A stretch of DNA of 64,000 nucleotides from Thermodesulfobacteriota bacterium (GCA_039715015.1 JBDLIE010000010.1:9514-73513); one strand, 5' to 3'. Shown: positions 52,744-62,777, numbered from the stretch's first letter. The notes: a model not told the origin generated them from the sequence alone. Translations and numbers: made by a program.

Positions 52744-53942
52744 CATGCCGGTCAATCATCCATCTCGATATGGATGCCTTCTACGCCTCGGTGGAGGTGC
52801 TGGATAACCCGGAGCTGGCAGGAAGGCCGGTTATTGTCGGCGGCAGCTCGGAGCGTGGCGTGGTGTCGGCCGCTTCCTACGAGGCCAGGGCCTTTGGGGT
52901 TCATTCTGCCCTGCCCATAGTGATGGCGCGGCGCCGTTGCCCTCAGGGCATCTTTCGCCCGGTACGTATGGCCCGCTATCAGGAAGTATCGCGGCAGGTG
53001 ATGGCCATCTTTGCTGATTTCACCCCCCTGGTCGAGCAGATTTCAGTGGATGAGGCCTTTCTTGATGTCAGCGGCTGCACCAGGCTTTTGGGAGATGCCG
53101 AAGCAATTGCCACCAGGATCAGGCAAAGGGTGCGGGATGAGGTCGGCCTCACCGTCTCCGCCGGTATCGCCAGCTCCAAGCTGGTGGCCAAGATTGCCTC
53201 GGACCAGCATAAGCCGGATGGGCTCACCCTTGTGCCGCCAGGAGCAGAGGCCGCCTTTTTAGCTCCCTTGGAGATCAAGCGACTCTGGGGGGTGGGCAAA
53301 AAGACGATCCCCAGTCTCAATATGCTGGGAGTAAAGACCATCGGTGATCTTTGTCGTTTTGACCTGGATTTTCTCGAAAAGAAATATGGCAAGCAGGGCA
53401 GGCATATGTATTACTGCGCCCGCGGTCTGGATCTGCGGCAGGTTGAAACGGTGGAAACCGTGAAGTCCATCGGTAATGAAGAGACCTTTGCAGAGGATGT
53501 TGTCGATCTTGGAAAAATCAAAAAGGAGCTCCTTTATCTCACCACCAAGGTTGGCGAGAGGCTGCGGGGCCAAAACGTTAAGGGGCGCACGGTGACCTTG
53601 AAGATCAAATATCATGATTTCAGCACGGTGAGCAGATCCACCACCTTGGAGAGGCCAAGCAGCGATAGCCGCCTGCTCTATGAGACCATCCTTGTTTTAC
53701 TTGCCAAGACCCAGGCCGGGGTTAAAGCGGTTCGTCTGGCCGGCCTGGCGGTGGGAAAGTTAAGCGATGGGGATGGCCCCTGCCAGCTCGGCCTCTTTGC
53801 CTGCAATGAGGATGAAAATCGCCAGCAGCTCACCCAGGCCATGGATACCATTAACCGGCGCTACGGTTCTTTGACCATTAAACCTGCCCTGTTGACCGGG
53901 GAGGGCGGTGGAAAGTCTGAGGGGAAAAAGAATGTTGAATGA
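52740..53942 (+). CDS. dinB: DNA polymerase IV
   Basis: HLDMDAFYASVE, SYEAR, SVDEAF, KPDG; C-terminal QLGLF clamp-binding motif. Confidence 0.95.
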   Translation: MTCRSIIHLDMDAFYASVEVLDNPELAGRPVIVGGSSERGVVSAASYEARAFGVHSALPIVMARRRCPQGIFRPVRMARYQEVSRQVMAIFADFTPLVEQISVDEAFLDVSGCTRLLGDAEAIATRIRQRVRDEVGLTVSAGIASSKLVAKIASDQHKPDGLTLVPPGAEAAFLAPLEIKRLWGVGKKTIPSLNMLGVKTIGDLCRFDLDFLEKKYGKQGRHMYYCARGLDLRQVETVETVKSIGNEETFAEDVVDLGKIKKELLYLTTKVGERLRGQNVKGRTVTLKIKYHDFSTVSRSTTLERPSSDSRLLYETILVLLAKTQAGVKAVRLAGLAVGKLSDGDGPCQLGLFACNEDENRQQLTQAMDTINRRYGSLTIKPALLTGEGGGKSEGKKNVE

Positions 53943-54044
53943 CGAATTTTAAATTTCGAATGTCGAGGGAAGGTAGTTTTCTTTTATGTACGTCACCACC
54001 CGTTCTCCATTATTCGAAATTTAAAATTCAGAGTTCGGATATTC
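53930..54044. repeat. Inverted repeat built from GAAT-heptamer units (REP/MITE-like)
   Basis: GAATGTT-GAATGAC-GAATTTT-AAATTTC-GAAT and its mirror; perfect 18-bp arms at 53944-53961 and 54012-54029. Confidence 0.75.
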
Positions 54045-54389
54045 CTACGCTTCATGCTCCTCAGCGCACTGCACACACATGGTACTCTCGGGCATGAGGA
54101 GAATACGGCCGATGGGAATGGGTTCGCCGCACTCAAAGCAGACCCCGAAATCAGGATCATCCACCTGGGTCAGGGCATGCTGCAGCCTTGCCAGTTTGCG
54201 TTTGGCATTACTTAAGGCTGCCTCGTTAATCCCCTTCGTAGTGATGGCCTCCATCCGGGAGAGGCGGCCCACGGCATTGTCCGGGGCAATGGGCCTGCTC
54301 AACTCGTGGAGGGCGGCCACCTTGGCCTTGCTCTCCTCGATCTCGGCCACTATCCTCTCTTTAATTTTGGCGCGTTCAGGGCCTTCCAT
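54045..54389 (-). CDS. TraR/DksA C4 zinc-finger protein
   Basis: FGVCFECGEPIP.GR...P....CVQC. Confidence 0.88.
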   Translation of the reverse strand: MEGPERAKIKERIVAEIEESKAKVAALHELSRPIAPDNAVGRLSRMEAITTKGINEAALSNAKRKLARLQHALTQVDDPDFGVCFECGEPIPIGRILLMPESTMCVQCAEEHEA

Positions 54390-54518
54390 GATTTTTCCTA
54401 TTTTGTGGTGTTAAAAACGCTCAATCAGCAAGGGCTCACTCGTATCTCCCTCATAAATAAGGTAGAGTGGGGCTAAATAAGAGAGCAACGTTGAAGCCCG
54501 TTAACCTGAGATGCAAAC

Positions 54519-54716
54519 ATGACCATCGTAAACAAACTCTGGGATGATATTGGCAGCCTGGCCGAAGAGGAAGCCCTCCATGTTATCACCAAACTCTATG
54601 CCAGCTACGAAGCCAGGCTGAGCCGTGAGCCTGAAAACAAGGAGTGCCTCCAGTTCTTCCAGGAGCTTGACAACGCCATCAGCCAGACCCTGGAATGCAA
54701 CCTTAATCGCCGATGA
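54519..54716 (+). CDS. Small hypothetical protein
   Basis: 65-aa ORF filling the intergenic gap, helical, with host-like codon usage. Confidence 0.55.
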   Translation: MTIVNKLWDDIGSLAEEEALHVITKLYASYEARLSREPENKECLQFFQELDNAISQTLECNLNRR

Positions 54717-54722
54717 TAGCCT

Positions 54723-56171
54723 CTAGGGTTTAAACTCAATCTCCACCGGGCAATGATCTGAACCCATGATATCATTTAAGATAGCCGCTGATATGACCTT
54801 CTTTTTACTCTTGGCATCCACGACAAAATAGTCAATACGCCAGCCGATATTCTTGCTTCTGGCGTTGAAGCGATAGCTCCACCAAGAGTACTGTCCCGGC
54901 TCCTGGTTGAAAATGCGGAAGGTGTCTACGTAGCCAGCTTCAAGAAATTTGTCCATCCAGGCCCGTTCCTGGCCCGTAAAACCAGGATTGTTTTCGTTTG
55001 ACTTAGGGTTGGCCAAGTCGATTTCCCGATGGGCGACATTGAAGTCCCCACAAATTACCACGCTCTTCCGGGCGGCTAACTCGTCGACAAAATCGTGGAG
55101 GGCCTCGTTAAAGGCCAATTTATAATCGAGACGGTTCAGGCTGTGCTGGGCATTGGGGAAATAGCCGTTAACCAGGTAAAAATTGTCAAATTCCAGGGTG
55201 AGGAGGCGGCCCTCATTGTCAAACTCTTGCCGCCCCAGGCCGGTGATGACCTTCAGCGGCTCCAGGCGTGAGTAGACGGCCAGGCCTGAGTAGCCCTTTT
55301 TCTGAGCCTGGGCAAAATAGGCGGTGTAGCCGTCAATCTTCTTTAATCCATCAGAGAGCTGTTCTGGATGGGCCTTGGTTTCCTGGATCGCAAAGATATC
55401 CGGCCCTAGTCCCTGGACAATATCGGTAAAGCCCTTCTTTTCCACAGCCCGGATACCGTTGACGTTCCAAGAGATGAGGCGCAGGGCTTGTCTTTTATCT
55501 GCTTTTTGGCCGGGTAGGCGTCTGGGAGTTACCCCTAGTTTGGGACACTCTGCCCCCAGTACACAGATATCGCAGCGCGGCCCCACCGGCTTGCAGGTCC
55601 CCTGGCCAAAGGCGACCAGGATGGAGTTAACGGTGAGCCAATATTTCTCCGCCAGTTTCTGGCGGAGGGCCATCTCTGTCTGTTCCGGAGTTTTGGTGTC
55701 GACATAGCCCCAGATATTCATGATCCGGTGGACATGGGTATCCACGCAGATAGCCGCTTTGCCGAAGGCCACTGCCACCACCAGGTTTGCGGTCTTTCGC
55801 CCCACCCCGGGCAGCTTTAAAAGATCATCAAGCTCTGAAGGGACCTCACCGCCAAAGGCATCCAGGGCAGCAGACAGGGCGGCCAGATATTTTGCCTTGT
55901 TTTTAAAAAAACCAACCGGGTAGATAAGTTTGCGGATTTCATCCTCGCTAAGAGCGGCAAGGGAAGTCGGGTCCGGTGCCTTTTTAAAGAGGCGGCCACT
56001 GGCCTTGGCAGTGGTCTCGTCCTTGGTACGGGCCGAAAGGATGGTGGCAACCAGCACCTTGAAGGGGTCGCGGGTCTGCACCGCTATCAGGTCCACCACT
56101 GGAACCTGATAGGATGCCACCTCCTCCTTTAAGACAGCAAGAAAATGATCAATATTAATTTCAGTCATCAC
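54723..56171 (-). CDS. Fused endonuclease III (Nth) - exodeoxyribonuclease III (Xth)
   Basis: N-half: HhH motif LPGVGRKTA, VDTHV, FeS motif CKPVGPRCDICVLGAEC; C-half: SWNVNG, QETK, GDFN, WWSYR, GWRIDY, SDHCP. Confidence 0.92.
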   Translation of the reverse strand: MMTEINIDHFLAVLKEEVASYQVPVVDLIAVQTRDPFKVLVATILSARTKDETTAKASGRLFKKAPDPTSLAALSEDEIRKLIYPVGFFKNKAKYLAALSAALDAFGGEVPSELDDLLKLPGVGRKTANLVVAVAFGKAAICVDTHVHRIMNIWGYVDTKTPEQTEMALRQKLAEKYWLTVNSILVAFGQGTCKPVGPRCDICVLGAECPKLGVTPRRLPGQKADKRQALRLISWNVNGIRAVEKKGFTDIVQGLGPDIFAIQETKAHPEQLSDGLKKIDGYTAYFAQAQKKGYSGLAVYSRLEPLKVITGLGRQEFDNEGRLLTLEFDNFYLVNGYFPNAQHSLNRLDYKLAFNEALHDFVDELAARKSVVICGDFNVAHREIDLANPKSNENNPGFTGQERAWMDKFLEAGYVDTFRIFNQEPGQYSWWSYRFNARSKNIGWRIDYFVVDAKSKKKVISAAILNDIMGSDHCPVEIEFKP

Positions 56172-56516
56172 GGTATTTTAGAACAAGGGAGCAAAGGGCA
56201 TCTTTCGGTAGTTTCGCCTATTTCCCGTCCTGCCGCTGGCAAGAAAAACCAAAAAAAGCGTGCTTTCCCCCTTGACTTTCTCGGTAAGAGCGCTAAGACT
56301 AGCCCACCAAATTTTAAGAAATGAATAAGCACTCATTTTTAACCATACCTAAGGCCATCCATAAAGCTTTTTATGGCCGGCCTTTTCCATGGCAATGAGC
56401 GCTTTAGCTTTTTTTTGGCTTCCTACTGCCTGCTTCAGGTGTGTTCAGCCGCTTACATCTCTTGTGATGCAACCGACTTGTTGCGAAGCCTTAACTTTTT
56501 TTGAAGGAGAGGAATC

Positions 56517-57110
56517 ATGGGAGATGTTAATTCTATGCCCACCAGTGACGAAGCGCTTGCCATGCTTTTGGATGGCAATAAACGTTTTGTCAATACTCAA
56601 GCCACCCACCCCCATCAAGATCCTGAATACAGGGTTTCCCTCGGAAAGGGCCAGGCCCCGTTTGCCGCTGTGCTGGCCTGTGCAGATTCGCGCGTTCCAC
56701 CCGAGGTAATTTTTGATGAGGGGCTTGGTGACCTTTTTGTGGTCCGGGTTGCCGGCAATATTGTTTGCGACCAGCTCCTGGGCAGCCTTGAGTATGCTGC
56801 CGCCCATCTCCACACCCCGCTGATTATGGTCATGGGCCATACAAAATGCGGCGCCATTGGTGCTGTGGCCAGCGGGGCAGAGCTTGAGGGACATATCTCC
56901 TCCCTGGCCCCTGCCATTCAGCCGGCGGTTGACAAGGTCAAGGGCCAAGAGGGTGATCTCACCGATAACGCTGCCAAGGAAGTGGCGCGGATGACCGCTG
57001 ATCAGCTCGCCAGCTCGCAGCCTGTACTGGCCGACCTGGTTAAGGCCGGCAAGCTCAAGGTCGTTCCAGCCTTTTACGACCTGGAATCGGGCGTTGTTGA
57101 TATGCTCTAA
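56517..57110 (+). CDS. Beta-class carbonic anhydrase
   Basis: CADSR, GDLFVVRVAGN, GHTKCGA. Confidence 0.93.
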   Translation: MGDVNSMPTSDEALAMLLDGNKRFVNTQATHPHQDPEYRVSLGKGQAPFAAVLACADSRVPPEVIFDEGLGDLFVVRVAGNIVCDQLLGSLEYAAAHLHTPLIMVMGHTKCGAIGAVASGAELEGHISSLAPAIQPAVDKVKGQEGDLTDNAAKEVARMTADQLASSQPVLADLVKAGKLKVVPAFYDLESGVVDML

Positions 57111-57265
57111 GGTTGAGCCTTAATTTTTTACAATCTGGTGTCCGTTCAGAAGTGAGGGGTGATTTCTGCCAACTGCTAGGGATCAAGGATCGTTTCTGAG
57201 TGGACATTATTTTATTTTATCCCGGCCTAAGGCCGGGCACAGAATTCATATAGAGGAAAGAAAAA

Positions 57266-59482
57266 ATGTTAACCAAGTTTTTCCCGTTTCTTGACTGGTT
57301 CAAGGGATACAAAGGGGCTGATTTTAAACTCGACCTGGTGGCCGGTATCACCGTTGCCATGGTTCTGATTCCCCAATCCATGGCCTATGCCCAGCTGGCT
57401 GGTCTGCCGGCCTATTACGGCCTCTACGCCGCCTTTCTGCCGCCGATGATTGCCGCCCTGTTCGGCTCCAGCCGTCAGCTTGGCACCGGTCCTGTTGCTG
57501 TTGTCTCCCTGATGTCTGCCGCTTCTCTGGAGCCCCTGGCCACGGCCGGCTCCCCTGAGTTCATCGCCTACTCCATTGTTCTGGCCCTGGTTGTCGGTAT
57601 TTTCCAGTTCTCCCTGGGTGTTTTACGTCTGGGCATGGTGGTAAATTTTCTTTCCCATCCGGTGATCAACGGTTTCACCAATGCGGCGGCCATTATCATT
57701 GCCTCTTCCCAATTCTCCAAATTTTTTGGCGTTTATGTGGACAAGGCCCCCCATCATTACGAGACCATGATGCGGGTGGCTGCGGCTGCCATTGATTATA
57801 CCCATATCCCCACCCTGATCTTTGCGGTGAGTGCCACAGCCATCATGGCGGTATTGAAGAAGAAGGCCCCTAAGGTGCCCAACGTGCTGGTGGCCGTGGT
57901 CATCACCACAGTGATCTCCTATGCTATCGGCTTTAATAATGATGCCAAGGTGGACGTCTCCACCATCCAGGATCACTCTGTTGCTGAGAAGATTGTTGAA
58001 TTCAACGCCGCTACCGCCCTTATTGAGGAGCATGGCGTCAATCGCGCCAATATTGGTAAGGATATTGATGAACTCAAAGCCGAGGCCAAGGAACATGGCG
58101 GCCATGGCGGCCCCTCCATTGATCAGTTGAAATTGGAGTCTGAGGTAAGATATCTCACCGTCCACATGGACAATGCCAAGGAAGAGGCCCACCAGCTGCG
58201 CAAGTCCCTGCGTGGCATGAAGTTTGAGGCCGTCAAGACCGGTGAGGGCGATGCTGCCACCTACGCCTTCTACGCCAAAGAGAATATCCCGGCCGGGGTG
58301 ACCACTGACGGCGGTACCTGGCGCCTCAAGGTAAAGAACAAGCCCCTGGACAGCACCACGCTGACCATGATGGGTGGCGGCGCCATTGTTGGTAAGATTC
58401 CTAAAGGCCTAAGCTTTAATATGCCTGGTACCAGCATAGACCCTGAAACCAAGGAAAAGACCGGGGCGCCTTCGCTCCTTACTATGAAGACCTTTATGAA
58501 GTTGCTGCCCACCGCAATCATCATCTCCCTGCTCGGCTTCATGGAGGCCATTGCCATTGCCAAGGCCATGGCAGCCCAGACCGGCCAGAAGATCGACGCC
58601 AACCAGGAACTCATTGGTCAGGGCCTTGGTAATATTTTTGGTTCCTTTGGTGGTTCCTATGCGGTTTCCGGTTCATTCTCCCGTTCTGCCGTGAACCTGG
58701 CAGCCGGTGCGGTTTCCGGTATCTCCTCGGTGGTGACCTCGGTGGTGGTTGTCCTCACCCTGCTCTTTTTCACCCCCCTGCTCTACCATCTGCCCCAGGC
58801 CACCCTGGCTGCGGTTATCATGATGGCGGTTATTGGTCTGGTGAACGTCAAGGGTTTTGTGCATGCCTGGCATGCCCAGAAGTATGACGGCATCATCTCT
58901 GTGCTCAGCTTTGTGGTTACCCTCTACTTTGCCCCCCACCTGGACAAGGGTATCATGGTTGGTTTTGTTCTCTCCATGGGTGTCTTCCTCTACAAGTCCA
59001 TGCGGCCGGTGGTTGCCAGCCTCTCCATGCATGAGGACAAGGCCCTGAAGAGCTCCGAGCATTACCGCCTCAAGGGTTGCCGCCACATCTCAGTGGTCCG
59101 TTTTGACGGCTCCCTGTTCTTTGCCAATGCCTCTTATCTTGATGAGCAGGTGGCCAAGTTCCGTACCGAGCAGCCTGATCTGCGCTACATCCTCCTTGAT
59201 GCCAAGGGCATCAATGATATGGATGCCTCGGGTGAAGAGGCCCTGGAACAGCTGGTGGCCCGGGTTCGCGCTGCTGGCTTGGGTTTTGCCATGAGTGGCG
59301 TCAAGGGTCAGGTGATGGCGGTTATGGGCCGCACCGGCCTTGATCAGAAGATCGGTGCCGACCACTTCTTTAACACCACCAGGGACGCGGTTAAGGCCAT
59401 TGTCGATGAGATCCATACCGATTCGGATCTGCCGGCTGAGGGCTGTGCAAACTGTCCGCTAACCAAGTATATCCCTGCCTAA
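57266..59482 (+). CDS. SulP/SLC26 anion transporter with STAS domain
   Basis: PQSMAYA, GPVA, NQELI, GSFSRSAVN, STAS (LFFAN, DMDASG). Confidence 0.92.
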   Translation: MLTKFFPFLDWFKGYKGADFKLDLVAGITVAMVLIPQSMAYAQLAGLPAYYGLYAAFLPPMIAALFGSSRQLGTGPVAVVSLMSAASLEPLATAGSPEFIAYSIVLALVVGIFQFSLGVLRLGMVVNFLSHPVINGFTNAAAIIIASSQFSKFFGVYVDKAPHHYETMMRVAAAAIDYTHIPTLIFAVSATAIMAVLKKKAPKVPNVLVAVVITTVISYAIGFNNDAKVDVSTIQDHSVAEKIVEFNAATALIEEHGVNRANIGKDIDELKAEAKEHGGHGGPSIDQLKLESEVRYLTVHMDNAKEEAHQLRKSLRGMKFEAVKTGEGDAATYAFYAKENIPAGVTTDGGTWRLKVKNKPLDSTTLTMMGGGAIVGKIPKGLSFNMPGTSIDPETKEKTGAPSLLTMKTFMKLLPTAIIISLLGFMEAIAIAKAMAAQTGQKIDANQELIGQGLGNIFGSFGGSYAVSGSFSRSAVNLAAGAVSGISSVVTSVVVVLTLLFFTPLLYHLPQATLAAVIMMAVIGLVNVKGFVHAWHAQKYDGIISVLSFVVTLYFAPHLDKGIMVGFVLSMGVFLYKSMRPVVASLSMHEDKALKSSEHYRLKGCRHISVVRFDGSLFFANASYLDEQVAKFRTEQPDLRYILLDAKGINDMDASGEEALEQLVARVRAAGLGFAMSGVKGQVMAVMGRTGLDQKIGADHFFNTTRDAVKAIVDEIHTDSDLPAEGCANCPLTKYIPA

Positions 59483-59512
59483 AAGCAGAGATTAAATAGT
59501 CGTAACCTTTTT

Positions 59513-59549
59513 AAGCCAGGCTTCCCCATTGGGGATGCCTGGCTTTTTT
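59513..59549 (+). terminator. Intrinsic terminator
   Basis: AAGCCAGGC-TTCCCC-ATT-GGGGAT-GCCTGGC-TTTTTT. Confidence 0.8.
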
Positions 59550-59769
59550 ATTGCTCAAATCGCCGGGCGCGGCAAGGTGTCGCACCTGATGGTTGAGAGA
59601 GACTTTTTCTTGACAGGCCTATAGAGTAAATGGTGAAGTATCAGCACAAAACTTGTAAGCAAGTAAAAATGTAGACTATTTTGCACAGGGGAGACCGCAT
59701 TTACTTGCCTCATAATTTCATTATTCGCTGTATAAACTACTTACGTTTTTTGATTGTAGGGAGGAAGAG

Positions 59770-60639
59770 ATGAGTATTCGTGTTCAGTTTTTGTTTTGGG
59801 TGTTACTTGTGAGTCTGCTCGCCATTGGAGCTCTTGGCTATGCAAGTTACGAATTTAGTAAAGAGGCCGCTCTTAAAGAGGCCAGAGACAAGGTCACCAT
59901 TCTCGGCAGTTATACAGATGCTGCCCTCCACTACTCGCGAACCCAGGCCGTACCCATGGTCAAGCATCTGGTTGGTGAGGAGCGTTTTTATCCCGAAATT
60001 ATGTCCGGCTTTGTAATGGCGCGAAACGTTGCTGACCGTTTCAAAAAGAGTCAGCCAGGCTATACCATCAAAAATGCCGCCATTGATCCACTCTGGCCAG
60101 AAAACAAGGCGGACCAGCAGGAGGTGAGAATTATCGCCGACCTGAAGGTTAATAAGGGGAGCAAAAAGACCACCGGCGTCATGGTTAAGAACGGTGAGCA
60201 GTATTATTATGAAGCCCGGCCCATGAAGGTGGCGGAGAAATGTCTGCGCTGCCATGGTGATCCAGACGATGCCCCCAAGGACCAGATCATGATCTATGGC
60301 GCTGAAAACGGCTACAATTGGAAGGCGGGTGATGTGGCCAGCGCCATGTTTATCTATGTTCCTTTCTCTGACGCCTTAGAGGCTGCCAAGGTCTCTGCTA
60401 TTAAACTTGTGGTTATCGGCACCGGTTGCATTCTCTTTTCACTGCTTCTGATTGCTGTCTTTCTTGGCATCAAGATCGTAACCCCCATTGAAACGCTCTC
60501 CAAAAGGACCGAGGAGATCAGCCTTGGTAAAAATCTGGATACGCCTATTACGGTAAAGCCAAACAGGGAAATTGGTGATCTAAGCCGTTCCATAGATCGC
60601 CTGCGCCTTAGTATCGCTCGTTTGATCAAAAAGAGATGA
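59770..60639 (+). CDS. Membrane haem-c sensor (DUF3365/Tll0287-like) with HAMP domain
   Basis: TM - periplasmic domain with CLRCHG - TM - HAMP (P...L...EIGDL). Confidence 0.8.
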   Translation: MSIRVQFLFWVLLVSLLAIGALGYASYEFSKEAALKEARDKVTILGSYTDAALHYSRTQAVPMVKHLVGEERFYPEIMSGFVMARNVADRFKKSQPGYTIKNAAIDPLWPENKADQQEVRIIADLKVNKGSKKTTGVMVKNGEQYYYEARPMKVAEKCLRCHGDPDDAPKDQIMIYGAENGYNWKAGDVASAMFIYVPFSDALEAAKVSAIKLVVIGTGCILFSLLLIAVFLGIKIVTPIETLSKRTEEISLGKNLDTPITVKPNREIGDLSRSIDRLRLSIARLIKKR

Positions 60640-60657
60640 TGGAAATAATTCTACTCA

Positions 60658-60697
60658 GCCGCCAGCCACCTTCTTGAAGGGGGGCTGGCGGCCTTTT
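60658..60697 (+). terminator. Intrinsic terminator
   Basis: GCCGCCAGCC..CCTTC-TT-GAAGG..GGCTGGCGGC-CTTTT. Confidence 0.65.
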
Positions 60698-60737
60698 GGA
60701 CTATATGGACAACGATAACCATGCAGGGACATTTACC

Positions 60738-61166
60738 ATGAAGCAGATTATCATAGCCCTTGTCACCATCGCGATTTCCTTAGCCGGGGCCTCCCACCTC
60801 ATGGCCGCAGATTGTGAGACCTTGATTAAGGACATTAATAAGCAACGCAATTTCTTGTTAAGAAAGGAGATGGTGGAAGCGGCGGCAAAACAATGCCCTG
60901 AAAATGCCATTCTTGTCTTCAAATATGGTTTTAGCCTGGAGCGTTTTAACAAGACGGAAGAGGCGCTGAAATATTATAAAAAGGCCGCTGAACTCGACCC
61001 CAAGATGGCCCAGGCTTTTTTTGGCCAGGGTGACATACATCAAGAGTTAAAACAGTATAATAAGGCCATTGAGGCCTATAAAAAAGGTCTGGAGATTGAT
61101 CCCACCAATGTCCGGGCTATTAAATGCCGCTTAAAGGCCGAAGGTAAGTTAAAAGCTGGCAAGTAA
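60738..61166 (+). CDS. Exported tetratricopeptide-repeat protein
   Basis: Signal peptide; TPR motifs (YKKAAELDP, YKKGLEIDP). Confidence 0.8.
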   Translation: MKQIIIALVTIAISLAGASHLMAADCETLIKDINKQRNFLLRKEMVEAAAKQCPENAILVFKYGFSLERFNKTEEALKYYKKAAELDPKMAQAFFGQGDIHQELKQYNKAIEAYKKGLEIDPTNVRAIKCRLKAEGKLKAGK

Positions 61167-61254
61167 CCCCTTTCACCTCCTAAAAAATCTCTGGAGGCAA
61201 GGATTTTCTTTCCTCCACAGGTTTTTTCGTCTTTTCACGTGCTCCACCCCACCT

Positions 61255-62130
61255 TTACTTTCTTCTTTCATGGACCACTACCCTGACGGCGGGTTCAGCC
61301 CGGCCAATTCGAGAGTAGACCAAGACAATTCCACCCGTAATGATGAGCAGACCACCAACCCATGCCAAGGATTGTGGAATTTCCTGCCAGAAAAAATAGC
61401 CATATATCACGGACAGGATGACAGATGAGTAACTGGCTGCCGCCACAGCCGGAGCGCGGTCATACCGGTAGGCCAGGGTCAAGAGGAATTGACCAAGGCT
61501 GGCAAAAAGAGCCACCCCGGCAACCAGAAGCCATTGTTGGCCTCTTATAGGCGATATGTCGCCGCTTAAACACCACATGCCGGAACCTAGGGCCGTAAGG
61601 GTGAAAAAATTAAAAACAATGGTGAGGGGCTGCTCCGTGCGGTTTAACCTGCGGACCATGAGGTGGGCAAAGGCTGCCAGCAAGGCACCTGCTATGGCCG
61701 CCCATGCTGCCCGGGGCCAGGTCATGGCCGGCTGGAGTATAAACAGAACTCCCAGGAGACCGGCAGCAATGGCAATCCAGGCTGAGCGCGGTGCTTTCTC
61801 GCCAATGATAAAGGGGGCCAAAAGGGCAAGGAAAAGAGGCTGGGTACGGCCCAGGAAAATACAATCAGCCAAGGGCATGTGGGTGAGGGCGTAGTAAAAG
61901 CAGGCCATGGCGCACCCGCCAAACAGGCTCCGTAAAAAGAGATATCCTTTAGCCCCAACAAGAAGCGGCTGCTCCTTGGCCCTGATAATAGAGATGAAAA
62001 GAGGCAGCGGCAGCAGGCAGCGCAGAAAAATGAGTTGAGCAATAGGCAGATCAGCCCCCAGGGCCTTGACCATGGCTGCCATGGTGGCAAAAGATGCGGA
62101 GGAAAGAAGCATGCACAAAACCCCCATCAC
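61255..62130 (-). CDS. DMT/EamA-family transporter
   Basis: About 10 TM helices; PLF...LAPF.IGEK; AYRY..A; start position uncertain. Confidence 0.85.
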   Translation of the reverse strand: MMGVLCMLLSSASFATMAAMVKALGADLPIAQLIFLRCLLPLPLFISIIRAKEQPLLVGAKGYLFLRSLFGGCAMACFYYALTHMPLADCIFLGRTQPLFLALLAPFIIGEKAPRSAWIAIAAGLLGVLFILQPAMTWPRAAWAAIAGALLAAFAHLMVRRLNRTEQPLTIVFNFFTLTALGSGMWCLSGDISPIRGQQWLLVAGVALFASLGQFLLTLAYRYDRAPAVAAASYSSVILSVIYGYFFWQEIPQSLAWVGGLLIITGGIVLVYSRIGRAEPAVRVVVHERRK

Positions 62131-62219
62131 AATTGCCCCTTTCCTGGTCTCTGTTTTATGAGCCTTTTGATCCTTTCCATAAATCTTCTTCTTTTTGAGA
62201 CATTCCTTTGAGTTCTTTG

Positions 62220-62245
62220 TACCCCTCAAGGGGGTATTAAAAAGA
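62220..62245. repeat. Short hairpin (REP-like) element, copy 2
   Basis: TACCCCTCAAGGGGGTATTAAAAAGA, the reverse complement of 3460-3485 with 2 mismatches. Confidence 0.7.
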
Positions 62246-62305
62246 ATCTTTCTATGGTTAAATGTGGGGCCAATAAATTCAACACAAAATAGTAAGGGCA
62301 TCACT

Positions 62306-62704
62306 ATGGCAACGGACCACCACATGGGCGATGAAGAAATGATCCAGGTCATTGCCGATTTCCTGGAGCAGGGGCTGGTGGGCAATATTGTCTCCATGTT
62401 TAAGGCGGACACAAATTATTACCCCCTGGTGGGAGAGGTCCTCAAAGATGAACGTTTTGCCGTCCGCCTCGGCGTTGCCGTGCTGTTCGAGGAGCTAAAA
62501 GAAGAGCGGCCCCAGGATGTGGCCATGGCCCTACCGGCCTTGACCCCCCTTCTCGACACCTCTACCCCAGCCTACGTCCGTGGAGAAGTGGTCAGCATCA
62601 TCGGCACCATCGGCACCTCTGAGTCCTTAGAGCTTCTTAAACCATTGGTCAAAGATCCTGACCCGCAGGTCGCGGAGATCGCCAGAGATTTTGTCGGCGG
62701 TTGA
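62306..62704 (+). CDS. HEAT-repeat protein
   Basis: DERFAVRLG, YVRGE..IIG.IG, DPDPQVAE. Confidence 0.7.
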   Translation: MATDHHMGDEEMIQVIADFLEQGLVGNIVSMFKADTNYYPLVGEVLKDERFAVRLGVAVLFEELKEERPQDVAMALPALTPLLDTSTPAYVRGEVVSIIGTIGTSESLELLKPLVKDPDPQVAEIARDFVGG

Positions 62705-62777
62705 AGTCTCGGAGCAGAAAGTCTCTCTCAAAGGTACCCCGCTGCATTAACAAGACGCGTGCCGATATAAGGGGTTG

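Noticed and set aside
56391..56430. Fluoride-riboswitch-like GGCAATGA...CCTAC
   Set aside because: The P1 pairing and conserved internal motifs are missing.
62131..62412. N-terminal extensions of the EamA and HEAT ORFs (also tautomerase 40682..40915 and pstS 21547..21642)
   Set aside because: They overlap divergent genes or promoters; downstream starts fit the RBS or family N-termini better.
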